Origin: Chloroflexota bacterium | GTDB taxonomy: Bacteria > Chloroflexota > UBA11872 > UBA12225 > JAJDUF01 | NCBI GenBank assembly: GCA_965238265.1 | Contig: OZ250185.1 | Span: 989,153 to 1,053,152, forward strand | Direction of reading: 5' to 3' | Length of the DNA stretch: 64,000 nucleotides | Shown here: one piece after another, positions 28,058 to 37,712 of the stretch | How the letters are laid out: each line of letters opens with the position of its first letter | Position numbering within the stretch: the stretch's first letter is position 1 | The notes under the pieces: generated by a model | What the model saw: the letters and a program-made list of their open reading frames with translations, nothing else | Database searches by the model: none | Told to the model about the DNA's origin: nothing | Position numbers and translations under genes: made by a program

Positions 28058-29551
28058 CTAGGTTCCCGTTGCCTCCCGGATAAGGAGCCGATCCTTTTGG
28101 CTCCGGCGTATCCGTCGCTCCAAGTCCACTGGGTCCCAGTGCGCCAACAGCGCGCTCCGCAGCTCCTCGCGAATACCCTGATACGCCGGGTCACTTCCCA
28201 GGTCGTGGAACTCCCCGGGATCGCACGCCAGGTCGTACAGCTCCACCGGATCGTCCAGACTGTAGTTCAGCTTGTACCGTCCCCGCCGCAGCATCGCCAT
28301 CGGCCGCGCGACCCCATGCGCCAGATACTCCGAGAAGGCCTCGTCCTTCCACTCCGCTGTTTCGCCGCGGGCCAGTGCGAGCAGACTGTCCCCGTCCAGT
28401 GCGCTCTCCTGAGGCGCATCCGCCGCCTCGACGATGGTCGCTACCAGGTCCACCAACGAGACCACCCCGCTGACTCGCCGGCCGGCCGGGACCTGCCCCG
28501 GCCAGGCCAGTTGGAGCGGCACGCGCACCGACTGCTCATAGAAGTTGGACTTGCGCCACATCCCATGCTCGCCGGCCAGCTCGCCGTGGTCGCTGAAGTA
28601 CGCGATCAGGGTGTTCTCGCGCTGCCCGGTGGCCTCCAGCGCGTCGAGCAGCCGGCCGATCTTCTCGTCGAGATAGGTAATCAGGCCGTAGTAGCCCACG
28701 CGGCCCCGGCGGACCAGCTCCTCGGGAAACTCGGCGAGGCCAAAGGCTCGCCGCATCCGCTGATAGACAGGATGCTGGTTGTCGAGGTGGCCCGGTGGGA
28801 TCGTCGGCATATCCACCGCCGCTTCAGGATAGAGGTCCCAGAAGCGCTGGGGAACGACGAACGGGAAGTGGGGCGCCATGAAGGAGACGTTGAGCGCCCA
28901 GGGCTGCCGGCGCCGGGCCGGGTCGCGCAGGTAGTCGAGCGCGGCGGCCTCGGCCTGATCGTCCACCTCGATCTCCTCGGTACTGCCTGGCCCCGCCTGC
29001 TCCACGGCGCCCCATGGTCGGGGTGCGACGCGCGCGCCCTGAGACCAGTCCCGGATGGGATGGCCTCGTTCAGCGTGCAGGTCGCGGGCCAGCTGCGCTC
29101 GGAAGCCGTGCAGCTGGTCCGGGCCGTAGAAATGCTGTTTGCCGGACAGGACGACGTCGTAACCCACGGCCCGCAGCCGGTGTGCCCAGGTGGGAGCAGC
29201 GGAGGCGAGGGGCGTGGCGTTATCCCAGGCGCCGATGTGGTGGACGTACCGCCCGGTCATAAAGGACATGCGGGAGGGCGTACAGAGTGGCGAGTTGCAG
29301 TAGGCATTCTCGAAGACGACCCCTTCAGCGGCGAGGCGATCCAGGTTGGGGGTCCGGACCAAGGGATGGCCGTAAGGTCCGCTGAACATGGGCGCGTGCT
29401 CATCGGACATGATGAGCAGCAGGTTGGGCCGGTCGGTCGTCATTGCCATGCGCCTCGCTCTCTTCCGGTCTACCCGCAGGCTCAACGAGCAGGCTCCGCC
29501 CCGGTCTGCGCTGGCGGCAAGTGCATGGTCTCGGGCGGCAGGGGCACCCAC
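28058..29551 (-). CDS. Sulfatase (arylsulfatase family; CTPSR formylglycine motif)
   Basis: 497-aa ORF with NLLLIMSDEHA...NAYCNSPLCTPSRMSFMTGRY, the canonical C-x-P-x-R sulfatase signature. Confidence 0.85.
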   Translation of the reverse strand: MGAPAARDHALAASADRGGACSLSLRVDRKRARRMAMTTDRPNLLLIMSDEHAPMFSGPYGHPLVRTPNLDRLAAEGVVFENAYCNSPLCTPSRMSFMTGRYVHHIGAWDNATPLASAAPTWAHRLRAVGYDVVLSGKQHFYGPDQLHGFRAQLARDLHAERGHPIRDWSQGARVAPRPWGAVEQAGPGSTEEIEVDDQAEAAALDYLRDPARRRQPWALNVSFMAPHFPFVVPQRFWDLYPEAAVDMPTIPPGHLDNQHPVYQRMRRAFGLAEFPEELVRRGRVGYYGLITYLDEKIGRLLDALEATGQRENTLIAYFSDHGELAGEHGMWRKSNFYEQSVRVPLQLAWPGQVPAGRRVSGVVSLVDLVATIVEAADAPQESALDGDSLLALARGETAEWKDEAFSEYLAHGVARPMAMLRRGRYKLNYSLDDPVELYDLACDPGEFHDLGSDPAYQGIREELRSALLAHWDPVDLERRIRRSQKDRLLIREATGT

Positions 29552-32109
29552 TGTCGCGGCTTACCGAGGTGTACCGGTGCTCGCTTGCGCTCTTCAGGAT
29601 TGGCCAGGTGTGCCGGCCCCCAGTATACGCGCGGCTGACGCTGACGCCGCCCGCCGATAACGCGGGCTTTTTCGGGTCGAGGAGGCCCCGAGAGAGGTTC
29701 TAGGCGGTAGGTGTGCGCGACCTCCGTTTTCCAGCGGACGAGCCGCTCGCTTGGCATCGTGACCTTCCGGCCCGTGGTGAGGTCGTGAATCTGCGTCTCG
29801 CCCCAGGGGCTGACGACTTGACACGGGCCGCCGACCTCGCTGTGGACCACGATATACGGAATCGTGCCCTGGCGATATTCGCTGGTGACGAGGAAGGCGC
29901 CTACAGCGCGCATATGAGCAAAGGCGCCGGTCCACTCCCGTGGTACGGCCGGGAACACTCTGATTCGACCATTGTAGCTCTGGAGCAGCATCTCGTTGAC
30001 CGCGCCGGCGTAAGCCCACAGCGCGTGACCGTAGGATGGGCCATCGTCTCGCTGCTGTGGATGGAGGGCATAGCCGTTGCAGAAGGTCCCGTTGTGCTTG
30101 AGATGCGGGAAGATGCCCAGATCGTACAGGTATGCGCGCGCCGTGTCGCTCAATCCCAGGCGCGCTGCGACAGCTGCCAACCACATCCAGTTGGTGTTGT
30201 CCCCGACCATCGGTACGTCGAATGGAAAGAAGGGCACGCCGCGATTGCTCCGCGCCACAGCGCCTTCGAACGTGTACTTTGCCCGCGCGTAGTCGTCGGG
30301 TGGACTATCCAACCCCAGATCGCCAACGGGATAGATGGGTGCCAGCAGGCTAACATGAGCAAGTGGAAGGTCGGGCGGCGCACCCTCGTAATCCAGCAAG
30401 ACCTCATCATTCCGGGGATACCTCGCCAGATGATTGGCGATCTCCCCCCATGTGACGCGCAGATCGTGGTCCACGTCCAGCAGCTCGGCTGCTTCGACGG
30501 CGGCTGAGAGCGCTACCTTGATGAACGCCAGATCAATCGTGGGATCGCGTATCCAGAGATCGCCTTGCTCCGGCGAGTGCGATGGATAGATATGGTAGGT
30601 GCCTGCGTCGTCGCGCCGGAGGTACCCCTGATAGAACTCCGCCACTCCCTTCAGGACGGGGTAGCCCACCTCTTGCAACCAGGAGCGATCCTGGGAGTAG
30701 CGGTACAACTCCCAGAAGATGAAGGCGTGCCAGGCGGACATGCCCATCCAGTAGCGCGGCCACAAGTGGGCATGGTCAATCATGTTCGGGGTCGTAAGTA
30801 CGGGAAAGCGCACACCATCCACCCCATAGGTTTGACGCGTTCGGGCCCGTAGCTCGTCCAGACCCGAGGAATACAGTCGCCAATACGGCTCGCCTAGCTC
30901 TAGGTGGTTGCTGGCAAAGACCGGCCAGGTGTACTGCTGGATATTGATATCGCCGTGATAATTGCCGTGCAACTGCTGCCAGTCATCGAGATGCCACGGC
31001 GTCTGGATGGGGGGTGGATAGCGTCCGCGGTTGCAAGAGGCATGGTGATAGATGGCGTGATGCCAGAGGTGGCAGAGAAACTCGTCGCTAAACGAGACAA
31101 ACGACCGCTGCCAGAAGTTACTCCACCACCGCTGATGCTCCCGCGCTAGTCCGTCGTAGCCGGTCGCCTCAGCCGCGGCCACAAGCTCCCGCGCGGCCCC
31201 CAGCGGATCATCGCTTTCATGGGAGGTAACAACGCTCGTCAGCACCGTGACCTCGGGCACGTCCGGTTCGTCGAGGGTGGCTACCCATCCCGTGTCGTCC
31301 CGCTCGATGTGATAGCCAGCCCCGACAATCCGCGCCATGAGCACGTAACGCACGCCCTCCGGAAACGGATAATCTACCCAGAAGCACCGCCCATCACATC
31401 CGAAGACAGGATTGCCGAGCGTCGGATCGGGTTGCCGATGGAGGGTGACGCTGCGAGCTTGCGGCTCGTCGTAGATATATTCGGACCGACGAGCGCGGGG
31501 TGAGTCGTAGCCGGAGACCGGCAGCTCCCGGAACCGCACCAGGAGCACATTGCGCGTGGCGTGGACGAACGAGGTCGTCTGTGTTCGCATATAGCGCTTC
31601 TCAAGGTCGGTCGTCAGCTGGGCGCGGTGGAGGGAGAGTCGAGATTCGTACCCGCGTAAGACCATGCGCCCGGCCGGACTACGGAGACGGCCTCGCTCGT
31701 CAGTATCCAGGTGGAGGTGATCGGTGATCTCCGGCACACGCAACGACAGCACACCACAGGGCTTAAAGTTGGGCGGCTGGGTGCGGCCGCCGGCAATGGC
31801 CTGCTCACGCGCGCGCAGGTCGCGCAGCCCTTCCCAATCTTCCTGCTCGATCAGGCGCAAGACCTCGGCGTGCGTGGTCCACGTATAGTCCCGGTAAGGC
31901 GAGCGCAAGTCCCATACGTCAGTCTTCGTAATGCCCCAGGAGAAGCCGCCGGCACCGCCCGGCTGCCAGGCGACCGCGCAGAGATCGCCGTTGCCGAGCG
32001 GCAGCCCCGCAGTCCAGCTCCGGAGCGGCATCTGGGCAATCAGCTCATAGGCCGATAGGCAGGAGGCGTAGTCAACCGCAAAGTCTGCACCGGGGAACTC
32101 GGTTGTCAT
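29482..32109 (-). CDS. Large 875-aa hypothetical glycoside-hydrolase-like protein (six-hairpin / GH-like; family not assigned)
   Basis: A long ORF in a polysaccharide-utilisation-like neighbourhood. The start may lie downstream of the annotated one. No firm motif was found. Confidence 0.35.
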   Translation of the reverse strand: MTTEFPGADFAVDYASCLSAYELIAQMPLRSWTAGLPLGNGDLCAVAWQPGGAGGFSWGITKTDVWDLRSPYRDYTWTTHAEVLRLIEQEDWEGLRDLRAREQAIAGGRTQPPNFKPCGVLSLRVPEITDHLHLDTDERGRLRSPAGRMVLRGYESRLSLHRAQLTTDLEKRYMRTQTTSFVHATRNVLLVRFRELPVSGYDSPRARRSEYIYDEPQARSVTLHRQPDPTLGNPVFGCDGRCFWVDYPFPEGVRYVLMARIVGAGYHIERDDTGWVATLDEPDVPEVTVLTSVVTSHESDDPLGAARELVAAAEATGYDGLAREHQRWWSNFWQRSFVSFSDEFLCHLWHHAIYHHASCNRGRYPPPIQTPWHLDDWQQLHGNYHGDINIQQYTWPVFASNHLELGEPYWRLYSSGLDELRARTRQTYGVDGVRFPVLTTPNMIDHAHLWPRYWMGMSAWHAFIFWELYRYSQDRSWLQEVGYPVLKGVAEFYQGYLRRDDAGTYHIYPSHSPEQGDLWIRDPTIDLAFIKVALSAAVEAAELLDVDHDLRVTWGEIANHLARYPRNDEVLLDYEGAPPDLPLAHVSLLAPIYPVGDLGLDSPPDDYARAKYTFEGAVARSNRGVPFFPFDVPMVGDNTNWMWLAAVAARLGLSDTARAYLYDLGIFPHLKHNGTFCNGYALHPQQRDDGPSYGHALWAYAGAVNEMLLQSYNGRIRVFPAVPREWTGAFAHMRAVGAFLVTSEYRQGTIPYIVVHSEVGGPCQVVSPWGETQIHDLTTGRKVTMPSERLVRWKTEVAHTYRLEPLSGPPRPEKARVIGGRRQRQPRVYWGPAHLANPEERKRAPVHLGKPRQWVPLPPETMHLPPAQTGAEPAR

Positions 32110-32190
32110 GAGCTATTCCACCTACACCGGATTGGTGCTCGGTACTCGGCCCTCAGCTTCCTCTCGTACCGGTTGCTGCGAGCTGACTGC

Positions 32191-34200
32191 TCAATAGTGC
32201 GTCACTGCCTGCTGCATCGTTTCGAGTGCCCGACGCAACTGGTCGCGCTCGCGTCGCAGCTCGCGTAGCTCGCTGATGTGAGCGTCCGGGTCCTGCAACG
32301 CTTGGTAGATCACCCGTCCCTCAGCCTGCCGCGGCAGCGGTAATTCCATCACATGGGCAATGGTGACCGGCACATCCGGCGTCCACACGTGGCGCACCTC
32401 GGCACCTTGCTTAATCCCCGGACCAGCCATGATGAGCACCCCCGCCACTGTGCCATCGCCGCGACTATAGGTCGGCAAACCGACGTGCGTAGAGCGGGCA
32501 CGGTCCGGGCCAAGTGGCTCTACCACCGGTGCCTCGTCGCTACGCTGTGCCTGTAGGAGCAATTGAAAGCCCTCCGCCCAGTACCCAGGGGCTGAGACCA
32601 CGTACAGGTCTCCCATCCGGTCGGTGCCCAGACCGAGGACCGCGGCGTCCGCACGGCGCAGGACCATCGTGATCGGCCGCTTGCCAGTGACCGGATCGCG
32701 GATGTCATGGAGCACGTCAATCACTTCGTCGCAGACCTGCTCGTAGTCCTCGGGCGCTACGATTCCCTGCGGATCGCGCCCCTTGAGATTGACGTAGATG
32801 AAGCCGGCGGAGAGGTAGGCTCGCGTCCGGCTCCAGTCAATCGCGAGCTGCCCGGTGTCCGGGTCGGTGTGCAGGGCGATAAGCCCCCGCTGATGCAGGA
32901 GGTTGTTGACATGGACCATCGAGTGGATCGCGATCTGACCGTGGTCCGAGGCCACGACGACCAGCGCATCATCGCCAGCTTGCGCCACGATGGCGCCGAG
33001 CATTCGGTCACACGCCTGGTAGCCACGTAGGACCAGCGCCTCGTACTTGGCCGCCTCTTGTGGATGTGCAGCCGCATAGTCGGGGTCGAGGAAATAGCCG
33101 CCATAGCTGTGCTCCAGCCAGTCTGGGACGTGGCTTTGCATGAAGAAGAGGTCCCAGGGCCGGCGCTCCATCAAGTAACAGGTTGCACGGGCGAGCCAAT
33201 CCATCTGGTACTCGCTGCTCGTCAGCACTGTCTCTTCATCCACCCACCCCAGGCTCTCCTCCTGCCAATCGGGATGAGCGATAAACGGGCCGATGGCTTC
33301 ATGCAGCTCGGCGCCGAGCTCCTCCGGGTGAGTAAATCCGGCGGTGGGATAGACCTCACTGCAATACAGGCGGAAGCCGCGCGGCTCGCTCGACGCAGCC
33401 ATCAGCTTGAACCGAAGGGTGCCCTCTCGCGATCCCGTTGGTGTATCGAACGTCTCAGTAATCCACTCGCTCCACTCCCCAAGTCTTGTTGTGGCAACGG
33501 GAACCGTCGCTTCACCGGCGCGAGTGATAATGGCTTGGTCGTACGTGCGGTCGGTCGCCGCAGTGAGGAGCACCTCATAACGCCGTTCCGCATGCTCCAT
33601 GACAAAGTCACGGTAGCCGCGGTGGGTACTGCGCTGGCCGCGGAAGGAGAGTATTGTGTGCAGCGGGGGGAGCGCAGAGTCGACCGCCCCGGCTGCCGCC
33701 TCGTCGGCGTGCTCCAGCGCGACGATCTCACTGAGGGGATAGCTCTCGGTCGTGAAGCACCGGCTGGGGCTGATGAGATGCAGGTTGGTGGCTCGCCAGG
33801 CGACCGAATGGCCATCCACAACCCAGCCATCGCGGATCGTGGGCGGCCACGTAGCCGGGTACTTCATAAGAATGGAGCGCTTGCCAATGCGCTCGGCTGC
33901 GTCCCACAGATGCTCGGCCAGGTGTGCCGTCGAGACAAACGCGTCGTGGATACGGTCTGGGGGTTCGCCGATGATACGAAACTGATTGCCAGTGGCCCCG
34001 TGGACACGAGGGAACGTGCCCGTTGCCAGACAGGCCCAGTTGTTCCCAGTATTCGGGGGCATCGCGGGCCACAGCTCGGCGAAGACTCCACGCTCGATCA
34101 GGCGAGCCAGGTGCGGCAACTTACCAGCGGCAGCCCACTGCTTGATCTTGCGCGGCAGGGCCGCGTCCAGCCCAACAAAGACGAGCTTTTGTGGTGGCAC
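32191..34200 (-). CDS. Alkaline-phosphatase-superfamily protein (type I phosphodiesterase / nucleotide pyrophosphatase-like) with a C-terminal coiled-coil tail
   Basis: The N-terminus (VFVGLDAALPRKIKQWAAAGKLPHLARL...) is typical of the AlkP-core phosphodiesterase family. The ORF is 669 aa. Confidence 0.6.
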   Translation of the reverse strand: MPPQKLVFVGLDAALPRKIKQWAAAGKLPHLARLIERGVFAELWPAMPPNTGNNWACLATGTFPRVHGATGNQFRIIGEPPDRIHDAFVSTAHLAEHLWDAAERIGKRSILMKYPATWPPTIRDGWVVDGHSVAWRATNLHLISPSRCFTTESYPLSEIVALEHADEAAAGAVDSALPPLHTILSFRGQRSTHRGYRDFVMEHAERRYEVLLTAATDRTYDQAIITRAGEATVPVATTRLGEWSEWITETFDTPTGSREGTLRFKLMAASSEPRGFRLYCSEVYPTAGFTHPEELGAELHEAIGPFIAHPDWQEESLGWVDEETVLTSSEYQMDWLARATCYLMERRPWDLFFMQSHVPDWLEHSYGGYFLDPDYAAAHPQEAAKYEALVLRGYQACDRMLGAIVAQAGDDALVVVASDHGQIAIHSMVHVNNLLHQRGLIALHTDPDTGQLAIDWSRTRAYLSAGFIYVNLKGRDPQGIVAPEDYEQVCDEVIDVLHDIRDPVTGKRPITMVLRRADAAVLGLGTDRMGDLYVVSAPGYWAEGFQLLLQAQRSDEAPVVEPLGPDRARSTHVGLPTYSRGDGTVAGVLIMAGPGIKQGAEVRHVWTPDVPVTIAHVMELPLPRQAEGRVIYQALQDPDAHISELRELRRERDQLRRALETMQQAVTHY

Positions 34201-34371
34201 GACCAGTCACCCTCCTGCGGTGGGTTGTTGCCTACCGATTGCCCTCGTCTCTGCTCATGGCAGTTGAAGCCCTCGACCCTATCCTAGTGGGAGCAAGGAA
34301 GCCTCTGCCTCAGACAGACCCAGACCAGGCGGGGGCGAGGAGCAACACAGCTGACCCGCACAGTGCTCATG

Positions 34372-35889
34372 CTAGAGGTACTTCTGGATGATTGTGTCTA
34401 CCTTGGGCTTGGTGGCCTCGAGCGCCTGCCGCGCCGTCTCCTTGCCAGCCAAGACCGGTGCGTAGGCGTTGCGAATGGCTGCCTTGGCATCGTTCCAGAA
34501 GGGGCCACGCGGTGCCGGTTTAGCCACCTTCAGGGTTTCTATGGAGGCTGCCCGGTTCTGGGGGGGATGCGAGCCTACCCAATCGGCCGACTCGGCCACC
34601 TCCCTGTAGGCAGGAATCTGGGCACCGAACCCCATCAGGGCACGCTGACCGACCTCCCCGGCGAGGAAGCTAATGAAATCGAACCCTTCGGGGATATTCG
34701 GCGCTCCCTGCATCACCGCAAAGCCACCGGTAGTACTCCCGGAGGCGAATCCGGCTTTACCCGTCGGCAGCTTGTGAATATCGAACTCGAACTTCGCTCG
34801 TGTACGCATGTCTTGCACCTGCACGGCGCTCATGAACATCGCGTCTCGACCGGCGTAGAAGAACCGGACCGAGCTTAACTCACCCCGGTCCGCTTGCGTC
34901 GGTGCCACGCGATGCTTGGTGTACAGCTCCGCGTACCATTGCAGCGCATCCACGGCAGCAGGATCAACCATCATCCTGGTCGGATCAACGTCGTTGTCGA
35001 AGAGCTGGCCTCCCCAGCTCCGGATCATCGGCAGCAGATGAAACTCCCACCACTCGGTCAGCCCAATACCGAAGATGCGCTCGGCCGAACCTTCATCCCC
35101 CCGCGTCACACGACGAGCCGTTTCCAGCATCTCGTCCCAGGTCCAGGTGTCTTTGGGCAAGCTCTCTCCAGCCGAGTTGAAATGGGCGACGTTGGACCAG
35201 ATCATCCCGGTCAACGCAATCCACGGTAGCCCATACAGCTTGCCTTTCCACTCGTAGGCTTGGACGGTGCTGTCGTAGAAGGCCGTGAGGTCATACTTCA
35301 CCTGGCTGACATAACTATCTATCGCCGCAATCGCACCGGCCGGCACACGAGCAAGAACAGCGCCCTCGCCTGACCGGATGACATTCGGCGGCGTGCCGGC
35401 CGCGATCTGCGTGTCGAGCTTCTTCGTGAAGCCCGGCTGGGTTACCTCCAGCTCGACGCGGACTGCCTGCTGCTGGTCATGGTAGAGGTTAATGGCGCTC
35501 TGGAACAACTCGGCCAGATCCTGACGCCCGCCTGTACCCCAGGTGATCGTCACCGGCACCACCGCAGCTTTGCCAGCGGCGCCCTGCACGCCTTGTGCGC
35601 CTCTGGCGCCCGTTGCACCCTTCTGCCCCTGCGGACCCGCCGGCCCTGGCGGCCCGGCCTGCGGTTTGCCAACGTAGCGCACCGTAGGCTCGCCACAGGC
35701 GGCTGCCAGTAACCCTCCTAGCGTGGCTGCTGCGCCTCCGAGGTACCGTCTGCGACTTATGCGTGTCATCCTTCTGCTCCCTCGCTGACACCACTCGCTG
35801 CCTTCCTGTACTAAAGACCACTGTTCAACGTTCTCCCGTCGCACTACCTCCTTTTCGGGAACGCCCCTGATCGTAATCTGTACTGGCAT
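34372..35889 (-). CDS. ABC transporter sugar-binding protein (family-1 extracellular solute-binding protein) with a collagen-like (GXY)n segment near the N-terminus
   Basis: 505-aa ORF with a signal/anchor region and then GPPGPAGPQGQKGATGARGAQGVQGAAG (nt ~35570-35675). A typical SBP fold follows. Confidence 0.7.
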   Translation of the reverse strand: MPVQITIRGVPEKEVVRRENVEQWSLVQEGSEWCQRGSRRMTRISRRRYLGGAAATLGGLLAAACGEPTVRYVGKPQAGPPGPAGPQGQKGATGARGAQGVQGAAGKAAVVPVTITWGTGGRQDLAELFQSAINLYHDQQQAVRVELEVTQPGFTKKLDTQIAAGTPPNVIRSGEGAVLARVPAGAIAAIDSYVSQVKYDLTAFYDSTVQAYEWKGKLYGLPWIALTGMIWSNVAHFNSAGESLPKDTWTWDEMLETARRVTRGDEGSAERIFGIGLTEWWEFHLLPMIRSWGGQLFDNDVDPTRMMVDPAAVDALQWYAELYTKHRVAPTQADRGELSSVRFFYAGRDAMFMSAVQVQDMRTRAKFEFDIHKLPTGKAGFASGSTTGGFAVMQGAPNIPEGFDFISFLAGEVGQRALMGFGAQIPAYREVAESADWVGSHPPQNRAASIETLKVAKPAPRGPFWNDAKAAIRNAYAPVLAGKETARQALEATKPKVDTIIQKYL

Positions 35890-36167
35890 GACCGCACTAT
35901 ACCAGTAGTGACAGCATTTGCAACAGTCCCGCTGTGGGCTGTCAGGTGGACAAAGACCTGGTCGTTAGGTACTATTTCCGACACTGGCCCTCGTGGAAGG
36001 GGGTGTATTGTGCTGTCTTCCGATGGGGTCAAGTTGCAATTGACCGGCTGGAGGCGGGGAAGGTTAGGATGGGGTGGTTCTTCCGAAGACCGCTTGTGCC
36101 GGCCTCCCTCACCCCACTAGCCTCACCCACAAAATGGGGGGATGGGCTTTTGCGATAGCTTCAGGGA

Positions 36168-36449
36168 ATGCACTCGTGCCACCAAGGATACGGGAGTTGG
36201 TCCTTGAAGATGAAGGATAGTGCAAAGTACGTCAAACTTGTCGAGTGGTCCGACGAGGACCGGTGTTACGTGGGAAGCGCCCCCGGATTGATCTACGGCG
36301 GCTGCCATGGGTCTGACGAAAAGGAGGTGTTCGACGAGTTGTGTGCCATAGTCGAAGAGGTGGTCGCGCTGTACCGAAAGGACGGTAGGCCCCTGCCACC
36401 ACCGACAGCAGGGCGCGACTACGCCAACAAGCTGCAGCGCGTCGCGTAG
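36168..36449 (+). CDS. HicB-like (UPF0150) antitoxin-family protein with no adjacent HicA. It probably starts at the internal Met (MKDSAKYVKLVEW...).
   Basis: YVKLVEWSDEDRCYVGSAPGL...CHGSDEKEVFDELCAIVEEVV is typical of the HicB N-terminal domain. Confidence 0.55.
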   Translation: MHSCHQGYGSWSLKMKDSAKYVKLVEWSDEDRCYVGSAPGLIYGGCHGSDEKEVFDELCAIVEEVVALYRKDGRPLPPPTAGRDYANKLQRVA

Positions 36450-36541
36450 CTGGGCGCTAGTTGACCCCAGCTCGTCCCCATTGGCATGAAACAACGTGGC
36501 TGGCCGATTTTAATCTTTTCGTCACTTAGTAGGTAGCTGCG

Positions 36542-37072
36542 ATGCGTAACGTTTGGCTGCTTGGTGGGTTAACAACGGTGTTAGCCGTTGTCGCGCTGAT
36601 TATCGCAATCATTGCCTTGCTCTCCCTTTCAAATGCGCCTCCGCCGGGCGAGTCCGACCCCGGCGGCTACACCGTTGACCTGGTGCGTCAGGCTTTGCGG
36701 CGCTATGACGCCGAGGGTCGAGAGGCGACCCTCAACTACTATAATTCCCCGGATAGCGTGGAGGGGGAATGGTATGTCTTTATCGTAGATGAGCATGGCA
36801 AAGTGGTAGCCCATAGCAACCAAGCCCTGCTGGGCCGGGACTTGAAGGGTGACCTCGGCGTGGACGTTGCCGGCTACCGGTTCGGCGACGTGATGCTCGG
36901 CGCTACCGAGGAGGGCCTATGGGTAGATTACGTCTTCCTTAATCCCACCACCGGCGACCAGGAGGTCAAGCATTCCTGGGTGGTCAAGCACGATGGGCTG
37001 ATTTTCGGCTCCGGCTGGTACCAGGCCCTACCCAGCTCACCCCTGGACGTTACCAAGGCGGAACTGGTATAA
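36542..37072 (+). CDS. Small membrane-anchored protein with a single-Cache (sCache_2)-like periplasmic domain
   Basis: 176-aa ORF with an N-terminal TM helix and then ...EWYVFIVDEHGKVVAHSNQALLGRDLKGD... in a Cache-like pattern. Confidence 0.5.
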   Translation: MRNVWLLGGLTTVLAVVALIIAIIALLSLSNAPPPGESDPGGYTVDLVRQALRRYDAEGREATLNYYNSPDSVEGEWYVFIVDEHGKVVAHSNQALLGRDLKGDLGVDVAGYRFGDVMLGATEEGLWVDYVFLNPTTGDQEVKHSWVVKHDGLIFGSGWYQALPSSPLDVTKAELV

Positions 37073-37180
37073 ATCGGGTTGCAGCGCGTCGTGTAGCTGC
37101 GCGATAGTTGACCCCAGCGCGCCCCCCCATCGGCAGGAAGCGACATGGTTGCACAAATAAAGGCCGCAGGAGAGATGGCA

Positions 37181-37665
37181 ATGCGTAACGTTTGGCTATT
37201 CGGCGGGTTGGCAACGGGGTTAACCGCTGTCGCGCTGGTTATCGTAACCATCGTCTTTTCTCCTCTTCCGACGACTATAGCGTTGACCTGGTGGATCGGG
37301 AGCAATTCACGGTAGACCTGGTGCAGCGGGCGTTGGAGCGTTATGACAAAGAGGGCCGGGAGGCCACCCTCAAATACTACAACTCCCCGGAAAGCGCAAA
37401 TGGGGAATGGTACATCTTTATTGTCAATCTCGATGGCAACGTGGTCGCCCATGCCAACCAAGACCTGCTGGGCCGGGATTTGCAGGGTGACCTGGGCGTG
37501 GACGTGACCGGCTACCGATTCGGCGATGTGATGCTCGGCGCGACCGAGGACGGCTTGTGGGTAGACTATGTTTTCTTCAATCCCAGGACCGGCAAGCAGG
37601 ATGTCAAACATTCCTGGGTAATCAAGCACGATGACCCGACTTTCAGCCCCAACTGGTATAAATAG
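37181..37665 (+). pseudogene. Tandem paralog of 36542-37072 carrying a frameshift between the TM helix (frame starting at 37181) and the Cache-like domain (the frame of ORF 37192-37665)
   Basis: MRNVWLFGGLATGLTAVALVIVTIVF... runs into a stop after 44 codons. The Cache-like domain continues in another frame at about 85% identity to paralog 1. Confidence 0.55.
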
Positions 37666-37712
37666 GGCCGGGTACGTTGACGTAGGCTCGCCCCCCGTCG
37701 GCATGAGGCGCT

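Noticed and set aside
28055-29638. 527-aa plus-strand ORF
   Set aside because: It is antisense to the sulfatase gene, which has the CTPSR signature, and its translation shows no protein-like features.
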